64,000 bases of DNA. It comes from Octopus bimaculoides. Its lineage: Eukaryota. The notes below the pieces were generated by a model that ran no database searches, was not told the origin of the DNA, and saw nothing but the letters and a program-made list of their open reading frames with translations. Shown here one piece after another: positions 1 through 12,567 of the stretch (position 1 is the stretch's first letter; the number at the start of each line of letters is the position of its first letter). The position numbers and the translations under genes are program-made. The stretch lies in NCBI RefSeq assembly GCF_001194135.2, contig NC_068989.1, forward strand, positions 8,642,492 through 8,706,491, written 5' to 3'.

Positions 1-9
1 TACTCTTTT

Positions 10-71
<62 letters not shown>

Positions 72-715
72 NNNNNNNNNNNNNNNNNNNNNNNNNNNNN
101 NNNNNNNNNNNNNNNNNNNNNNNNNNNNNNNNNNNNNNNNNNNNNNNNNNNNNNNNNNNNNNNNNNNNNNNNNNNNNNNNNNNNNNNNNNNNNNNNNNNN
201 NNNNNNNNNNNNNNNNNNNNNNNNNNNNNNNNNNNNNNNNNNNNNNNNNNNNNNNNNNNNNNNNNNNNNNNNNNNNNNNNNNNNNNNNNNNNNNNNNNNN
301 NNNNNNNNNNNNNNNNNNNNNNNNNNNNNNNNNNNNNNNNNNNNNNNNNNNNNNNNNNNNNNNNNNNNNNNNNNNNNNNNNNNNNNNNNNNNNNNNNNNN
401 NNNNNNNNNNNNNNNNNNNNNNNNNNNNNNNNNNNNNNNNNNNNNNNNNNNNNNNNNNNNNNNNNNNNNNNNNNNNNNNNNNNNNNNNNNNNNNNNNNNN
501 NNNNNNNNNNNNNNNNNNNNNNNNNNNNNNNNNNNNNNNNNNNNNNNNNNNNNNNNNNNNNNNNNNNNNNNNNNNNNNNNNNNNNNNNNNNNNNNNNNNN
601 NNNNNNNNNNNNNNNNNNNNNNNNNNNNNNNNNNNNNNNNNNNNNNNNNNNNNNNNNNNNNNNNNNNNNNNNNNNNNNNNNNNNNNNNNNNNNNNNNNNN
701 NNNNNNNNNNNNNNN

Positions 716-758
<43 letters not shown>

Positions 759-1134
759 GTATATAAATATATATATATATATATATATGTCTGTATATAA
801 ATATATATATACATATTATGGCTATTTCTTTCCACCATAGTATTTTTAAAATATTTTCTAAACATTATAAATTTCTAATTTTAATGAATGTCATTCATTT
901 GTTACCGATTCGCGAAGTAGTTATTCGAATATCCCAGATAGTGGTGGTGTTGGCGCTGGTAGTTTGGTGATGAGTGTTCGGGTGGTTGCGTTGGTGAAGT
1001 AAGCAGTGGTTACAGTAGTCTTAGTGATGTTGACATCACGTGGTATTATTGGTGTTTGGGGTAGTAATGTTAGTGACAATGTAAGTAGCTGTTGTAGTGT
1101 TGTTAGTTGTGGTGGTGCTTTAAAATGTTGTAAT

Positions 1135-1233
1135 ATTTCAAATTTTGACACAAGGCCAGTAATTTGCAAGTAGGTGTAACGCGATTACATTGACCTCAGT
1201 AATCAACTGGTACTTATTCTATCGACCCCGAAA
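1135..1233 (-). mobile_element. SINE 3' half (remnant)
   Basis: Reverse complement reads TTTCGGGGTCGATAGAATAAGTACCAGTTG...AAATTACTGGCCTTGTGTCAAAATTTGAAAT, matching the 3' parts of the copies at 25637-25836 and 33595-33792. Confidence 0.75.
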
Positions 1234-2573
1234 CATTTATGTGTTTGGTATATGTTTAGTATATTTGTTGAAAACTTGGTTGCGATGTGCAAATATTAAA
1301 GACAATATCCATTTCTTCGCAGAACGTAACTTCAGACAACGGACCACTGAATTATGAGTCCAACATCCTACCACGCTGCCGTTCTGCTCAAAGAACGATT
1401 AAAAATTATATAACGTATTATTTCTGATATTGTCTGTTTTGAGTTACATTATTTCCATAACACCATTGACCATATGTTATTTATAACATATATTCCATAT
1501 ATTTACTTTTATACTTTGGACTGTGTACATATCTGTACGTTGCAGATTTTTGTGAGTGTCTCATGTTCAGATCAACCAAAGTAAAATAATTCTTTAAATG
1601 TTTTCCAAGCGCAGCGTAGCAAGCGAGCTTGCTAGTAACCTAATATTCAAGTACTTCAGTCATTTTAATAGACTTATCTTACTCAAGGGTTGCATTACCT
1701 TCCTTTTACATAAGTAATCAATTTTCCTTATTTTTGGTTTTCTTTTGTTTTATCTTTTTTATACGTGTAGATGCAACTTTCGAATATGCATGTACGATGC
1801 ATTGTAGCAACCTTTCAAATCCAAATACGATACCAGAACGTAAGAAGTACAGAAGAAAATTATAATGGGAAAAAAAGTCGATGCTCTGCAGCCTAATCAT
1901 AAATTTCTAATATTCAGTATTAGGTATCAAAGTAAAATAAACAGCTTTACAAATTACGTTAGCCTTGGCACTATAAAGAGCTAAAAAACATTATTTTGAA
2001 CGGACCATAGAATCTCAGCTAACACCGATATTGAAGACATAAATATTCTGCAGTCGGTTATATATATATAAAAAAAAACTATCTGCCAATGAATCACCAT
2101 AACTATTTTGACAATGGCTTAACATATGATATTACAAGATAAATGACGCAGATGTATCTCCTGATTCAAGTTTTTTAACGACACAAACATATTAATACTA
2201 CTAATAAATCATAATGTAATAGATCTTATGTTCATGTGATAATATATGCATAAGTTCTTTGATAGTGCAATAATCAGCGCATGAAATCATGGAAGAAACC
2301 AAGCCATAAAGAAGTTAGTCTTTTACAAACTAACAATGAGATTCAAGGGCATATATTCTCTACTTATTTCGCTCCGGCAATTCTCTCACAATTTCATCGC
2401 CCATTATCCATCCACCCGTATGTCTATAAACCCATCTCTGTTTATCACCATATACTATAGTAATTTTGAATAGCGGTTATGTTTTCCACTCATTAGATAT
2501 ATAAGCGGACGTGTACCAATATAATATATAAATGTGTGTGTATGTGTGTGTACATATATATACACAGTATATG

Positions 2574-2647
<74 letters not shown>
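2574..2647. repeat. (AGAT)n microsatellite; similar tracts near 7354-7417, 14962-15123, 44057-44103, 61919-62075
   Basis: Read directly from the sequence. Confidence 0.95.
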
Positions 2648-2648
<1 letters not shown>

Positions 2649-2656
2649 TGACGGTC

Positions 2657-2705
<49 letters not shown>

Positions 2706-2902
2706 CATATCCGGCAATAAGAAAATGGAAGAGATCAAGATGTGGTATTCATTAACTTTTAGACATTATATTATGTCTATTTATTTTTAAAAAAACAATT
2801 ATAATAATATACATACATGTACAACAGATTATGCTTTACATATATATAAATACCAGTAATTATTAAAATAATAACGTAGAACATAGAACGTAGAAAATAT
2901 GC

Positions 2903-2961
<59 letters not shown>

Positions 2962-3106
2962 NNNNNNNNNNNNNNNNNNNNNNNNNNNNNNNNNNNNNNN
3001 NNNNNNNNNNNNNNNNNNNNNNNNNNNNNNNNNNNNNNNNNNNNNNNNNNNNNNNNNNNNNNNNNNNNNNNNNNNNNNNNNNNNNNNNNNNNNNNNNNNN
3101 NNNNNN

Positions 3107-3150
<44 letters not shown>

Positions 3151-3278
3151 TTTATTCATACATATATACGTACATACATAGATACAAATACACACATACG
3201 TTCTTATATAAATTTACCTTTATAAAATTATACATATATATGTATTTGCATAACAGGCACGTACTCTTAGTAAATACT

Positions 3279-3646
3279 CAGGGTAGGCAGTGGTGACTTT
3301 TATGTAGTTAAACACACAAAAATAAGCGTAACACAGACTGAGTTGAAGGCAGATTTATTTCTGCCTTTATAGCACGTAAAGAAAATGGTGTTGTAGGAGA
3401 GTACACAGCACGTGTAGTACATCAGTACTAAGCGTAGCTTACTGAGATTGAAAGTCAGGGGCGAATTATGCCTACCTAATCTACAAAAAATAAAATATTT
3501 TGCATTTTATGCATAGTAATCAGAATAACTTTCATAATTCAATTAAATTTGATGCATATTTTGCTATAAAAGGAAAATGCTGCTACTGGTCTATTTTATT
3601 CATGGTAGGCACTGCCTACGGTGCCTGCTTAAGCGGCATGTCCCTG
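3279..3646. mobile_element. Degenerate hAT-like MITE
   Basis: Left end CAGGG-TAGGCAGTG; the right end reverse-complements to CAGGGACATGCCGCTTAAGCAGGCACCGTAGGCAGTG, so the left TIR looks internally deleted. Possible 8-bp TSD GTAAATAC/GTACATAC with one mismatch and a 1-nt offset. Confidence 0.4.
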
Positions 3647-4121
3647 GTACATACATAGATATGACTACACACATACGTTCTTATATAAACTACATACGAA
3701 TTTGAATAGGTATTTGAGTAGATAAGTATATAATTATGTATACCATAACGAATACGAGAAGCCATATACCTGTACGAAGCGATATTGTATCAGCTAATAT
3801 ACATACAAGCATTGTACGAGCTAACACCATTATACATTGGGCATAATTATTTATACACGTTACTTGTTTTCTTTCAAATACATATCGGAATGTAATTTCC
3901 ATTAGTCAATGAGTCATTGTGTGTGTGCGTAGTAATGAATACGTGTAAATGTTTTTCTCTATGTGTATGTGTACCACGTATATAATTATTTTCTTTTAGA
4001 CATAATCGGATATGATTATACATATTGTATGTCACTAAATGAACCAACAGGCATAGTATATTATTACTGATATGTATTTAATACTTAATGCACTTTAATT
4101 CATACATGTCCTCAAGAGATT

Positions 4122-4152
<31 letters not shown>

Positions 4153-4704
4153 NNNNNNNNNNNNNNNNNNNNNNNNNNNNNNNNNNNNNNNNNNNNNNNN
4201 NNNNNNNNNNNNNNNNNNNNNNNNNNNNNNNNNNNNNNNNNNNNNNNNNNNNNNNNNNNNNNNNNNNNNNNNNNNNNNNNNNNNNNNNNNNNNNNNNNNN
4301 NNNNNNNNNNNNNNNNNNNNNNNNNNNNNNNNNNNNNNNNNNNNNNNNNNNNNNNNNNNNNNNNNNNNNNNNNNNNNNNNNNNNNNNNNNNNNNNNNNNN
4401 NNNNNNNNNNNNNNNNNNNNNNNNNNNNNNNNNNNNNNNNNNNNNNNNNNNNNNNNNNNNNNNNNNNNNNNNNNNNNNNNNNNNNNNNNNNNNNNNNNNN
4501 NNNNNNNNNNNNNNNNNNNNNNNNNNNNNNNNNNNNNNNNNNNNNNNNNNNNNNNNNNNNNNNNNNNNNNNNNNNNNNNNNNNNNNNNNNNNNNNNNNNN
4601 NNNNNNNNNNNNNNNNNNNNNNNNNNNNNNNNNNNNNNNNNNNNNNNNNNNNNNNNNNNNNNNNNATATATATGTATGTATATATATATATGTATATATG
4701 TACG

Positions 4705-4748
<44 letters not shown>

Positions 4749-4946
4749 CGTATATATATATATGTATATATATATGTACATATATGTATGTATATATATA
4801 TGTATATATATCTATGTATATATATGTATATGTATATATGTAGAAGTATGCCTTTAGGTGAGACTGCGGGCGAGTGAAATAGGTGAGACAATATTCCTCT
4901 ATGGTTTCACGATCATATCATAATCAATGCTATATCTATCTGTTCA

Positions 4947-5040
<94 letters not shown>

Positions 5041-5849
5041 TGTGTAGTATATATATATATATATATGTCTACAAAACATATAACTTTGATAAAGATTACC
5101 CATTTTTCAGCTTTTGTGACACATTTGTATCATGTAATGCTATTATATTTCTTGTAGCCCTGAGCTATCTCTCTTTATCTCTGTACCTATTTATCTATCT
5201 CCGTCTATATACATTTTTCTCTGGTACATATAATTCATTTTGTTATGCTTTTCAATTATATATTCCCACTTATATTGCGGCGTCTGCTGCAAAACATCTA
5301 TGCGCTGAGGTACAACTGGAAACCTCGTTACTAATTGTTCGGAGTCATTATAATACGTTGTTATCGATAATGGCCCTGAGTAAAGCTTGAGTGTGAGACT
5401 TAAGTTGCATACTGTTTTAATACCAATATCTAATCCTTGAAGAATGCCGGTTGACAGAATAGTTAGAATATTGGAAACATTCCCTCCAGTAACTGTTCCA
5501 ATTGTTTATGTTCAATCTCATCAAAGTTTAGCATTTTCCACTGTAAAGATGAAATCCGTGAATTCTTCCCGTTGAAAAATGATTCAATGAATAATAACGC
5601 TACGTTCAAATTTCTGTTATGTTCAGTTATGTCTTTCAGCTTGCACTGACTTTGTTGTTCATTTACCCCAAAATAATGTAAGCATGTATGTCTGTCTGTC
5701 TCTCTGTATGTATGTCTGTCTGTCTCTGTATGTTTGTATGTAGGTAGGTAGGTAGGTAGGTATGTAGGTAGGTAGGTAGGCAGGCATACATTTATATACT
5801 GGTATCGATTAAGTTGTCTACAACGTTATAAAGTCGCTCGAGTGTCAGA

Positions 5850-5940
5850 TCGATTTGCCCAATTCTTTGTAGCACGCTGCGTTCTCAGTTCAAATCCCTA
5901 CATCAATTTTGACCCCCACGGGTCGATCAATAAAATAGTT
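5850..5940 (+). mobile_element. Highly decayed SINE remnant
   Basis: GTTCTCAGTTCAAATCCC (box B-like) followed by CGGGTCGATCAATAAAATAG. Confidence 0.45.
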
Positions 5941-6364
5941 TTGAAGTATTGGGTTAGGTTTTCTTTGTTCTTTCCATATTTCTTTCTTTTTCTATCTCTT
6001 TCCCTTTCTCTTTCTATGTTTGTCTTTCTATATATTCATCTATGTCTATTTCCACTTCTCACTTAGTTTTTCTCTTCGGAATTGGCTATGTGGCGTTTCC
6101 AGAAGGCCACTGCGACTGTTATGCGATGGAGAACGATTGAGCAATCTCTTGTAATGTGATCATGCAACATAAAACAATCAAATAAGCAATATAGTATAGT
6201 GACTGTGAACTTAACAATATGCCCTGTTGTTACAAAAGTATTCTAGACATTAGCAGCAATTTCTTGTCTGCATGTTGTGGCAAGCATTAGCGTATCTCTG
6301 GTGTTATCTGACGCAACCGCTTTATCTCTCCAATCATAGAGGCTCAGAACAGAGGCATGGATGC

Positions 6365-6424
6365 TCTTCTTCTTCTTCTTCTTCTTCTTCTTCTTCTTCT
6401 TCTTCTTCTTCTTCTTCTTCTTCT
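6365..6424. repeat. (CTT)n microsatellite
   Basis: Read directly from the sequence. Confidence 0.95.
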
Positions 6425-7353
6425 AAAGAAGACATTGAAAGTAGTTTAAGTCTCATATCAGTCATTTTATCTTAATATCAGAAAGAACATCCTCTTCGAA
6501 GTTCAAGCAGGTCAGGATTTCGTGTACAGTTCCGACTGACCACACAAAGTAAACAGAACGATGATATCCGCAAAATTCTCCACCTGAACCCAACACGCAT
6601 CGTTGAAGTCGTCTGGGAGTTAGACGCGAAATTGATACGCGAAAGGTGAGATTATAACGTCTCACCCGAACATGAAATACGTTTTAGAAAACCAATAATG
6701 CCTATCAGCCTTTCTTGTTAGCGGTCTGCAAAGCGACATTTCCGTTAATGGCAATACCTATGCTTATATAACACATAGGACATTTTTAATAACAAAGAAG
6801 ATATGGTTTACATAATCACACGCTATTACTTGATCATAAGAAAACATTCGCCAAAACACAACACATACTACGTCCATTATTTATTATAAATAGTTACAAA
6901 TCAAATATCATAATGACTATGAGATTGTAATTAAGAAGAACTTTCTTCAAGATAGTCTCTCACCACGAGTAAAGAGCACAAACGTCATCTGAATCACAGG
7001 TATCTCACAACGCACATTCACTTTTCTGCATTCATTTGCATTCGACTACTAGTTCACTGTGAAGTATTTATGCAACTGAGCGTTAAAAACTGAATATTGG
7101 TAACGCTACGATTATTTAGAAATTATTTACCACCAGTGGCCTAGCGTGTAGAAAAACTAGTCAATAGACTATATATTATTCATTATAAATACAGTGTACA
7201 TTTAAACACGTAAGAGATGGCCATAATAGGACATCTAACCCGCTAGAAGGAGTAGTTAAAATCCAAACCACTATTAGGGGTAATTTTGAAAGGGAATGAA
7301 AAATAAAAACATTTACCATCTACTTCCTGGACATCTACTTCCTGGTTTCAAGC

Positions 7354-7418
<65 letters not shown>

Positions 7419-7744
7419 TTTCATCTTTGTATGTTTATATGTTTTCACCTCCCTATATACGAATATCAAGAAATATTCAGTGCATGTATATTAAATTTAT
7501 GAAAAGCTTTGATTACTTTCATGGTGCAGGAGTTGCTGGTATGATATGAAAGTCAACGAAATTTTTTTTTTTCTTACCCGATACCTTACTTCTATAAATA
7601 TACAATAAATTGGGAGAGAATGTTATATTCTAGTCTCGGCTTTAACGTTCAGTATTCTCGTTGAGAATACATATCTATACACTGCATATATATATAAATA
7701 TGTATACGTCATTTAATATACATAATTTACAAAATAGTATCTAT

Positions 7745-7830
7745 GTTTGCTCCCCTTGCATGGCTTGACAACGGCGTTGGTTACTTTACTTGCCAGGCAA
7801 AAGACTAAATAAGTACCATTTTTTTAGTGG
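7745..7830 (+). mobile_element. SINE 3' region remnant
   Basis: GCTTGACAACGGCGTTGGTT...GGCAAAAGACTAAATAAGTACCA resembles the copy at 28178-28350. Confidence 0.5.
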
Positions 7831-8293
7831 TACTTATATGAACTGTTTTAAAAAAACAATATTCAAGGTGGCTCCCCGGTACGACCACCGTCCAATGCCT
7901 GAAATCATATATGTGCGCGTGCCTCTGTGTGTNNNNNNNNNNGGGGGGGGGGGAGTGGATACGTACTACAACAGCCGTAATAGTCTGATGATGTAGGATG
8001 TGAATTGTCATGATAAATGATGACAATGAACCTACTGCCACTATTTTTGGTGCCTGCTACTAATGATGACAAACGACGATGACATGAAAGAAGATCAACA
8101 GAAAGACAAAGGGTGCTGATAGAAATATTAAACTGCAATTATAATTTCATTTCCGTTTGCTTGCCATAGAAGCCTGACAGTGCTCAATCTTAAGATAATA
8201 CGCCAATTACATTCATTTTTAAATTGAAATTCCAATCAGCAGAAAAAATAAACATACATATGTATAAATGTATGTATATGATATGATGTAGAT

Positions 8294-8621
8294 CAAAGGT
8301 TCTCAACGCGGGCCATTTGGCGCTCGAGGGGGTCGTTTTGGAGCAAAGGGGCTCTCTTGTGCTATAAGTGTCGCGTGCTGGAAATAATCACAATTAGCAA
8401 ACTTACAATTTATTATTTCATTTTTTTTTTTTTTTTGCATTTCAGTTTGTACATCTGTACTTCCGACTGCGTACAAGCGTGTATGTAACACGATGTCCTT
8501 TATTTTTTAATCATTATCTGCTGATATCAAAATAAGTATTATATCGAGAAATAAAACTATTTTCTTGAGGAGTCCAAGGATCAAAAGGGGGCCGTTGGCC
8601 AAAATGGGTTGAGAATCTTTG
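8294..8621. mobile_element. hAT-type MITE, 328 bp
   Basis: 14-bp TIRs CAAAGGTTCTCAAC (8294-8307) and GTTGAGAATCTTTG (8608-8621), one mismatch. Perfect 8-bp TSD ATGTAGAT at 8286-8293 and 8622-8629; 8-bp TSDs are the hAT hallmark. Confidence 0.88.
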
Positions 8622-9454
8622 ATGTAGATAGCAGTAACATCGCCTAACTCCTATATACTAGAAACCGGTATGACCAAACTATAGGCAGCCAAGTCTACTT
8701 TCCCATTGTCCCCTATCAAGAACTTCTGCTTTACGTCACTATAAGATCAATTACACCCTACCCACCCCCACAACGTGCGGAAAAATGCTTATGTTGTGCA
8801 AAATATTTCTTGTGACAATCACGTTGCGCTTACAGAATGTATAAATATAATCATTAATCAATGTGTGATTTCTAACTTTTTGCGTGCAAATTAATTTCTT
8901 GTAAGCTCATTAATTGCTTTTGACAGCTGATTGCAAGCGAGTATGCTGCTCGCGTAACTCACGTCTTAGAAATCTGTTTCAAAGTATGATTATGTGTATA
9001 ATAACCTGCAATATATAAACTGATTAAGCATGAAGTGTGAGAAAGACAATCGTGAACATTCCAATGATATGAAATTCCCTGAAACACGGTAGAATGGTAT
9101 ACAAGTCATGGACAAATTCAATTCTTGCAATATTCAATGAAAAGTGTATGTTTTGAAGTGGAATGTATTTTAGTCTTCACTAACTTCGTGATTGATTACG
9201 CAGGGAATGATCGATTACCTAATTACCGGACATACTTGTATCGATTTGGTGATATATTAGTGATTGATTAGAGCCTCAGGTAGTCGTCTCTCCTGTCCTA
9301 AACACTTGGTAAGGGCTCGGCAACATTCTGATGAATAACCTGCACAGACGATTTCTTTACACTGACCAAATGTTTGTGCCGTACATAAGATAATGCTCTC
9401 CATAAAATCAACACTTTCTCCAGAGATGCATTTCAAATTCATCGTAGAGCAACT

Positions 9455-9560
9455 TTGAATGGAGTGTTTTGCTCAAGAATATTAAGCATCGACCAGTCTG
9501 GGAATCGAAACCACAATATTCTGATAGTGAATACAACATCCTAGCAAATAAGCCACGGGC
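9455..9560 (-). mobile_element. tRNA-derived SINE head remnant
   Basis: Minus strand reads GTGGCTTATTTGCTAGGATGTTG...GGTTTCGATTCCCAGACTGG with box A/B-like motifs. Confidence 0.5.
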
Positions 9561-9868
9561 TTTCACTAGAACCTCTAACAGAATGTTTTGTTTTCTTTTG
9601 GCTTTTCGCATATAAGTGTTGGGTTGTCACAAGAACATAGAGTGGACTGTCACACATTTCCTGTGCAAGTTACTAAAACTAATTTTGCCGCTGTAGACGA
9701 GCGTTAAATCAATGTTGGTACGATGTCCAAATAGCATTTAGGTGTTGGTGACCTAGTGGTTAAGATGTTTGTTCTCACAATGGTTAGGTCTTGACAGTAC
9801 ACTCGTTTGAAAATGAATATTATTTGGTATAGGGTGTTCACTTTGGAACGGATTGCTGTCTCGTTCAT

Positions 9869-10528
9869 GGGCAGTCTTGTACTCTCAATCTAAATGCCTT
9901 GAAAATCCGAAAATATAACGGTATTATGAGCTTGTAGGCGCGAGGTAGACATGTTGATGTATTGATTGGATAATTATCATCAAACAGACAATTATTACGA
10001 TTATGTACGTTTACAAGTATTTGTAAAATGGGAAGTACTACTTGTATTACAAAGTAATTTAACATTGTAATTACTAATGGAACATAAAAAGCGTTTTTAC
10101 AGGACGGAGAGCTAAACTTAATCCAATTTTCGATAAAAAAATTTCGTGGACATTGTTATTTGCCCATATTTGTATCTAAATTTAGATTAACACATTCAAG
10201 GAAATAAAACATTAACTACAATAATATTGTATACATTTAATAATTAAGCCTGCCTCACTAAGTACTTTAATCACATCTTTCCTAACCATGGTTAGTCTAT
10301 ACATATTGTACTGAAGTCCGTAGTCTCTATAAAGTCTGCCTATTAGAGAAACGTTTTAAGCCAGATATCTACGACGTTTATTCCTATGATCTTGTATAGT
10401 TGAGCTTAGGTTTTCTGCTCAAAATAATATCAAACACCTTTCTTTTCTTAGTTTTACTTTTTTCTGATCTATGTGGAATTATTAAACACAAAAGGGAAGA
10501 TGTATTGCATAACATTTTTCTTATATAC

Positions 10529-10592
<64 letters not shown>

Positions 10593-12149
10593 TGTTTATG
10601 CCATAAGAATTTAGAAACATGAAAAAAGCGTGAATTAGTTCGTTTTAATGCTGGAACTCGTAAAACTATGAATAATAGTGTGTAAACATTGAGGTAAAAA
10701 GTCACTTAAGATGAAAAAAATCTCTTAGGCTGACCGTGAGACTATAAATCAACATTTTGAGTAAATACAAATAGTCTTGTTAAATTTGGAAAAGATGGCA
10801 TTAATCTATTTAGTGAAATAGGCTTTTGTACTACTGTGAATGCTAGCTTTACTCTATGTAGTGGTCTGGAAATTAGTTGCGATATAAACTGAACCACAAA
10901 AGAAACTTCGCACATACACTAAGTAGAAATCGGTTGTTTAACCGTTCTTTCCTAATGATAAAACGTTATTTCTTGAAACATGTTTGACGTCACATGGTGT
11001 CATGTAATGACGGAGTGTCCTGGATCCAAAGAGATGAACTTTCATGTGACCACCATTAGCGTTGATTACCACTTCAGTTCAAATCATTAGCAATGACCAA
11101 TGGATGTTGACCAGCATGGATACATCCGATGGCTTGCTCTTTCTGATTTCGTCTCAGTCTTGGTATGCTTGCTGCGTTCGAAAGACGAATGACAGGCTGG
11201 GTGCCTTTTATACTCAATGAGACAGCGTTTTGCACATGCATCAAGCTTTTCATAAAGATGTATTCACGAAAAGTGAACGAGTTCGAATCCTACAGGCAAT
11301 CCTTGTGTTTTCAAAAAGGAGTTGTGTTGTGGGTCACTGACATCTTCCTGATGTCAACTTACCTACAAAATGAGATAAAATCCATATAATCGCAACATCG
11401 TGTGTGAAACAAATAACTGTTACAGTGTGGCGTTTCTTTTGTAGTTCAGTATAAATGAAAATAGATTTAATCCTTTCTGTAAGCTTAAAATGTATAAAGT
11501 ATTTTAAGTAAAAAAACAAGACAAAAAAATAAAAGAACACACAAAAAAAAACAACAAATAGAATGTTAACCACTCATCAAATATTTTCTGCAATTTAATT
11601 CCTAACATTAGTAAATACATATCACCACTATCTTCAAAGGAACCTTCGTCTACCTCATTGCTGTAATGCAACTCTCGGTAATCGTGGCTTCTCAGAGAAA
11701 TAAAAATTACTACGTAAATCTAATATTCTAAAGTGTAAAAAGGGCAGAGAAATCTATTTATTCATTCATGTTTTGATATAAAAAAGCAATATATATATAT
11801 TTAAATTCTGAGAACTCTAAAGAGTTTCTTACTTTAATTTCCTCTCACATCCCAGCAAATAACAATGTCCACGAAATTTTTTTATCGAAAATTGGATTAA
11901 GTTTAGCTCTCCGTCCTGTAAAAACGCTTTTTATGTTCCATTAGTAATTACAATGTTAAATTACTTTGTAATACAAGTAGTACTTCCCATTTTACAAATA
12001 CTTGTAAACGTACATAATCGTAATAATTGTCTGTTTGATGATAATTATCCAATCAATACATCAACATGTCTACCTCGCGCCTACAAGCTCATAATACCGT
12101 TATATTTTCGGATTTTCAAGGCATTTAGATTGAGAGTACAAGACTGCCC
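9869..12149. mobile_element. Non-autonomous DNA-transposon-like element with 295-bp TIRs (GGGCAG...CTGCCC) and AT flanks
   Basis: 9869-10163 is the reverse complement of 11855-12149 with no difference seen; the ORFs at 9865-10065 (-) and 11953-12195 (+) are identical for 66 aa. AT flanks both ends (alternative parse: TGGG...CCCA with a TCA duplication). No transposase of its own was found. Confidence 0.75.
10887..11451 (-). mobile_element. Internally deleted Tc1-family element, 565 bp, nested in the long-TIR element
   Basis: TA at 10885-86 and 11452-53. TIRs AACTGAACCACAAAAGAAAC and TACTGAACTACAAAAGAAAC. TATAAAAG at 11212-11205, then (I)PRLRRNQKEQAIGCIHAGQHPLVIANDLN (Tc1 N-terminal HTH start) joined directly to EVVINANGGH (Tc1 C-terminal motif). 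Confidence 0.8.
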
Positions 12150-12480
12150 ATCACATATTTTATGTAATTTCATTTCTAAATTAATCATTATATGAATTTC
12201 TATCTCATTATAATGCAGCGGCGTATAGTAGCCGTTTCTCAGACAGAATAGAATATGTACGGAGATCTAATACTTCAAAGCATAAAAATAGGCAATGGAA
12301 AATATTTTCTGTTATGGAAAAGGAGTTTATTGTTTAAATGAGAGAAGAAGCGTCTATAAAGAGTGTTTTGATTTAATTTCCTTTCACACACCAGTGGACT
12401 ACAAATACTACAGACTCAGACTTTTACTGAAATTCAATTTTTAGTCGTGTTTCTAGTAAAAACTATTCAATTGCCGAGTG

Positions 12481-12567
<87 letters not shown>

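Noticed and set aside
921-1169. Thr/Pro-rich mucin-like ORF on the minus strand
   Set aside because: It starts inside a SINE tail and continues through degenerate (ACC/ACT/ACA)n repeats. The same applies to the Thr-rich ORF at 52127-52330.
9865-12195. Two identical 66-aa ORFs suggesting a duplicated gene
   Set aside because: They are simply the two inverted arms of the 295-bp TIR; there is no coding signature.
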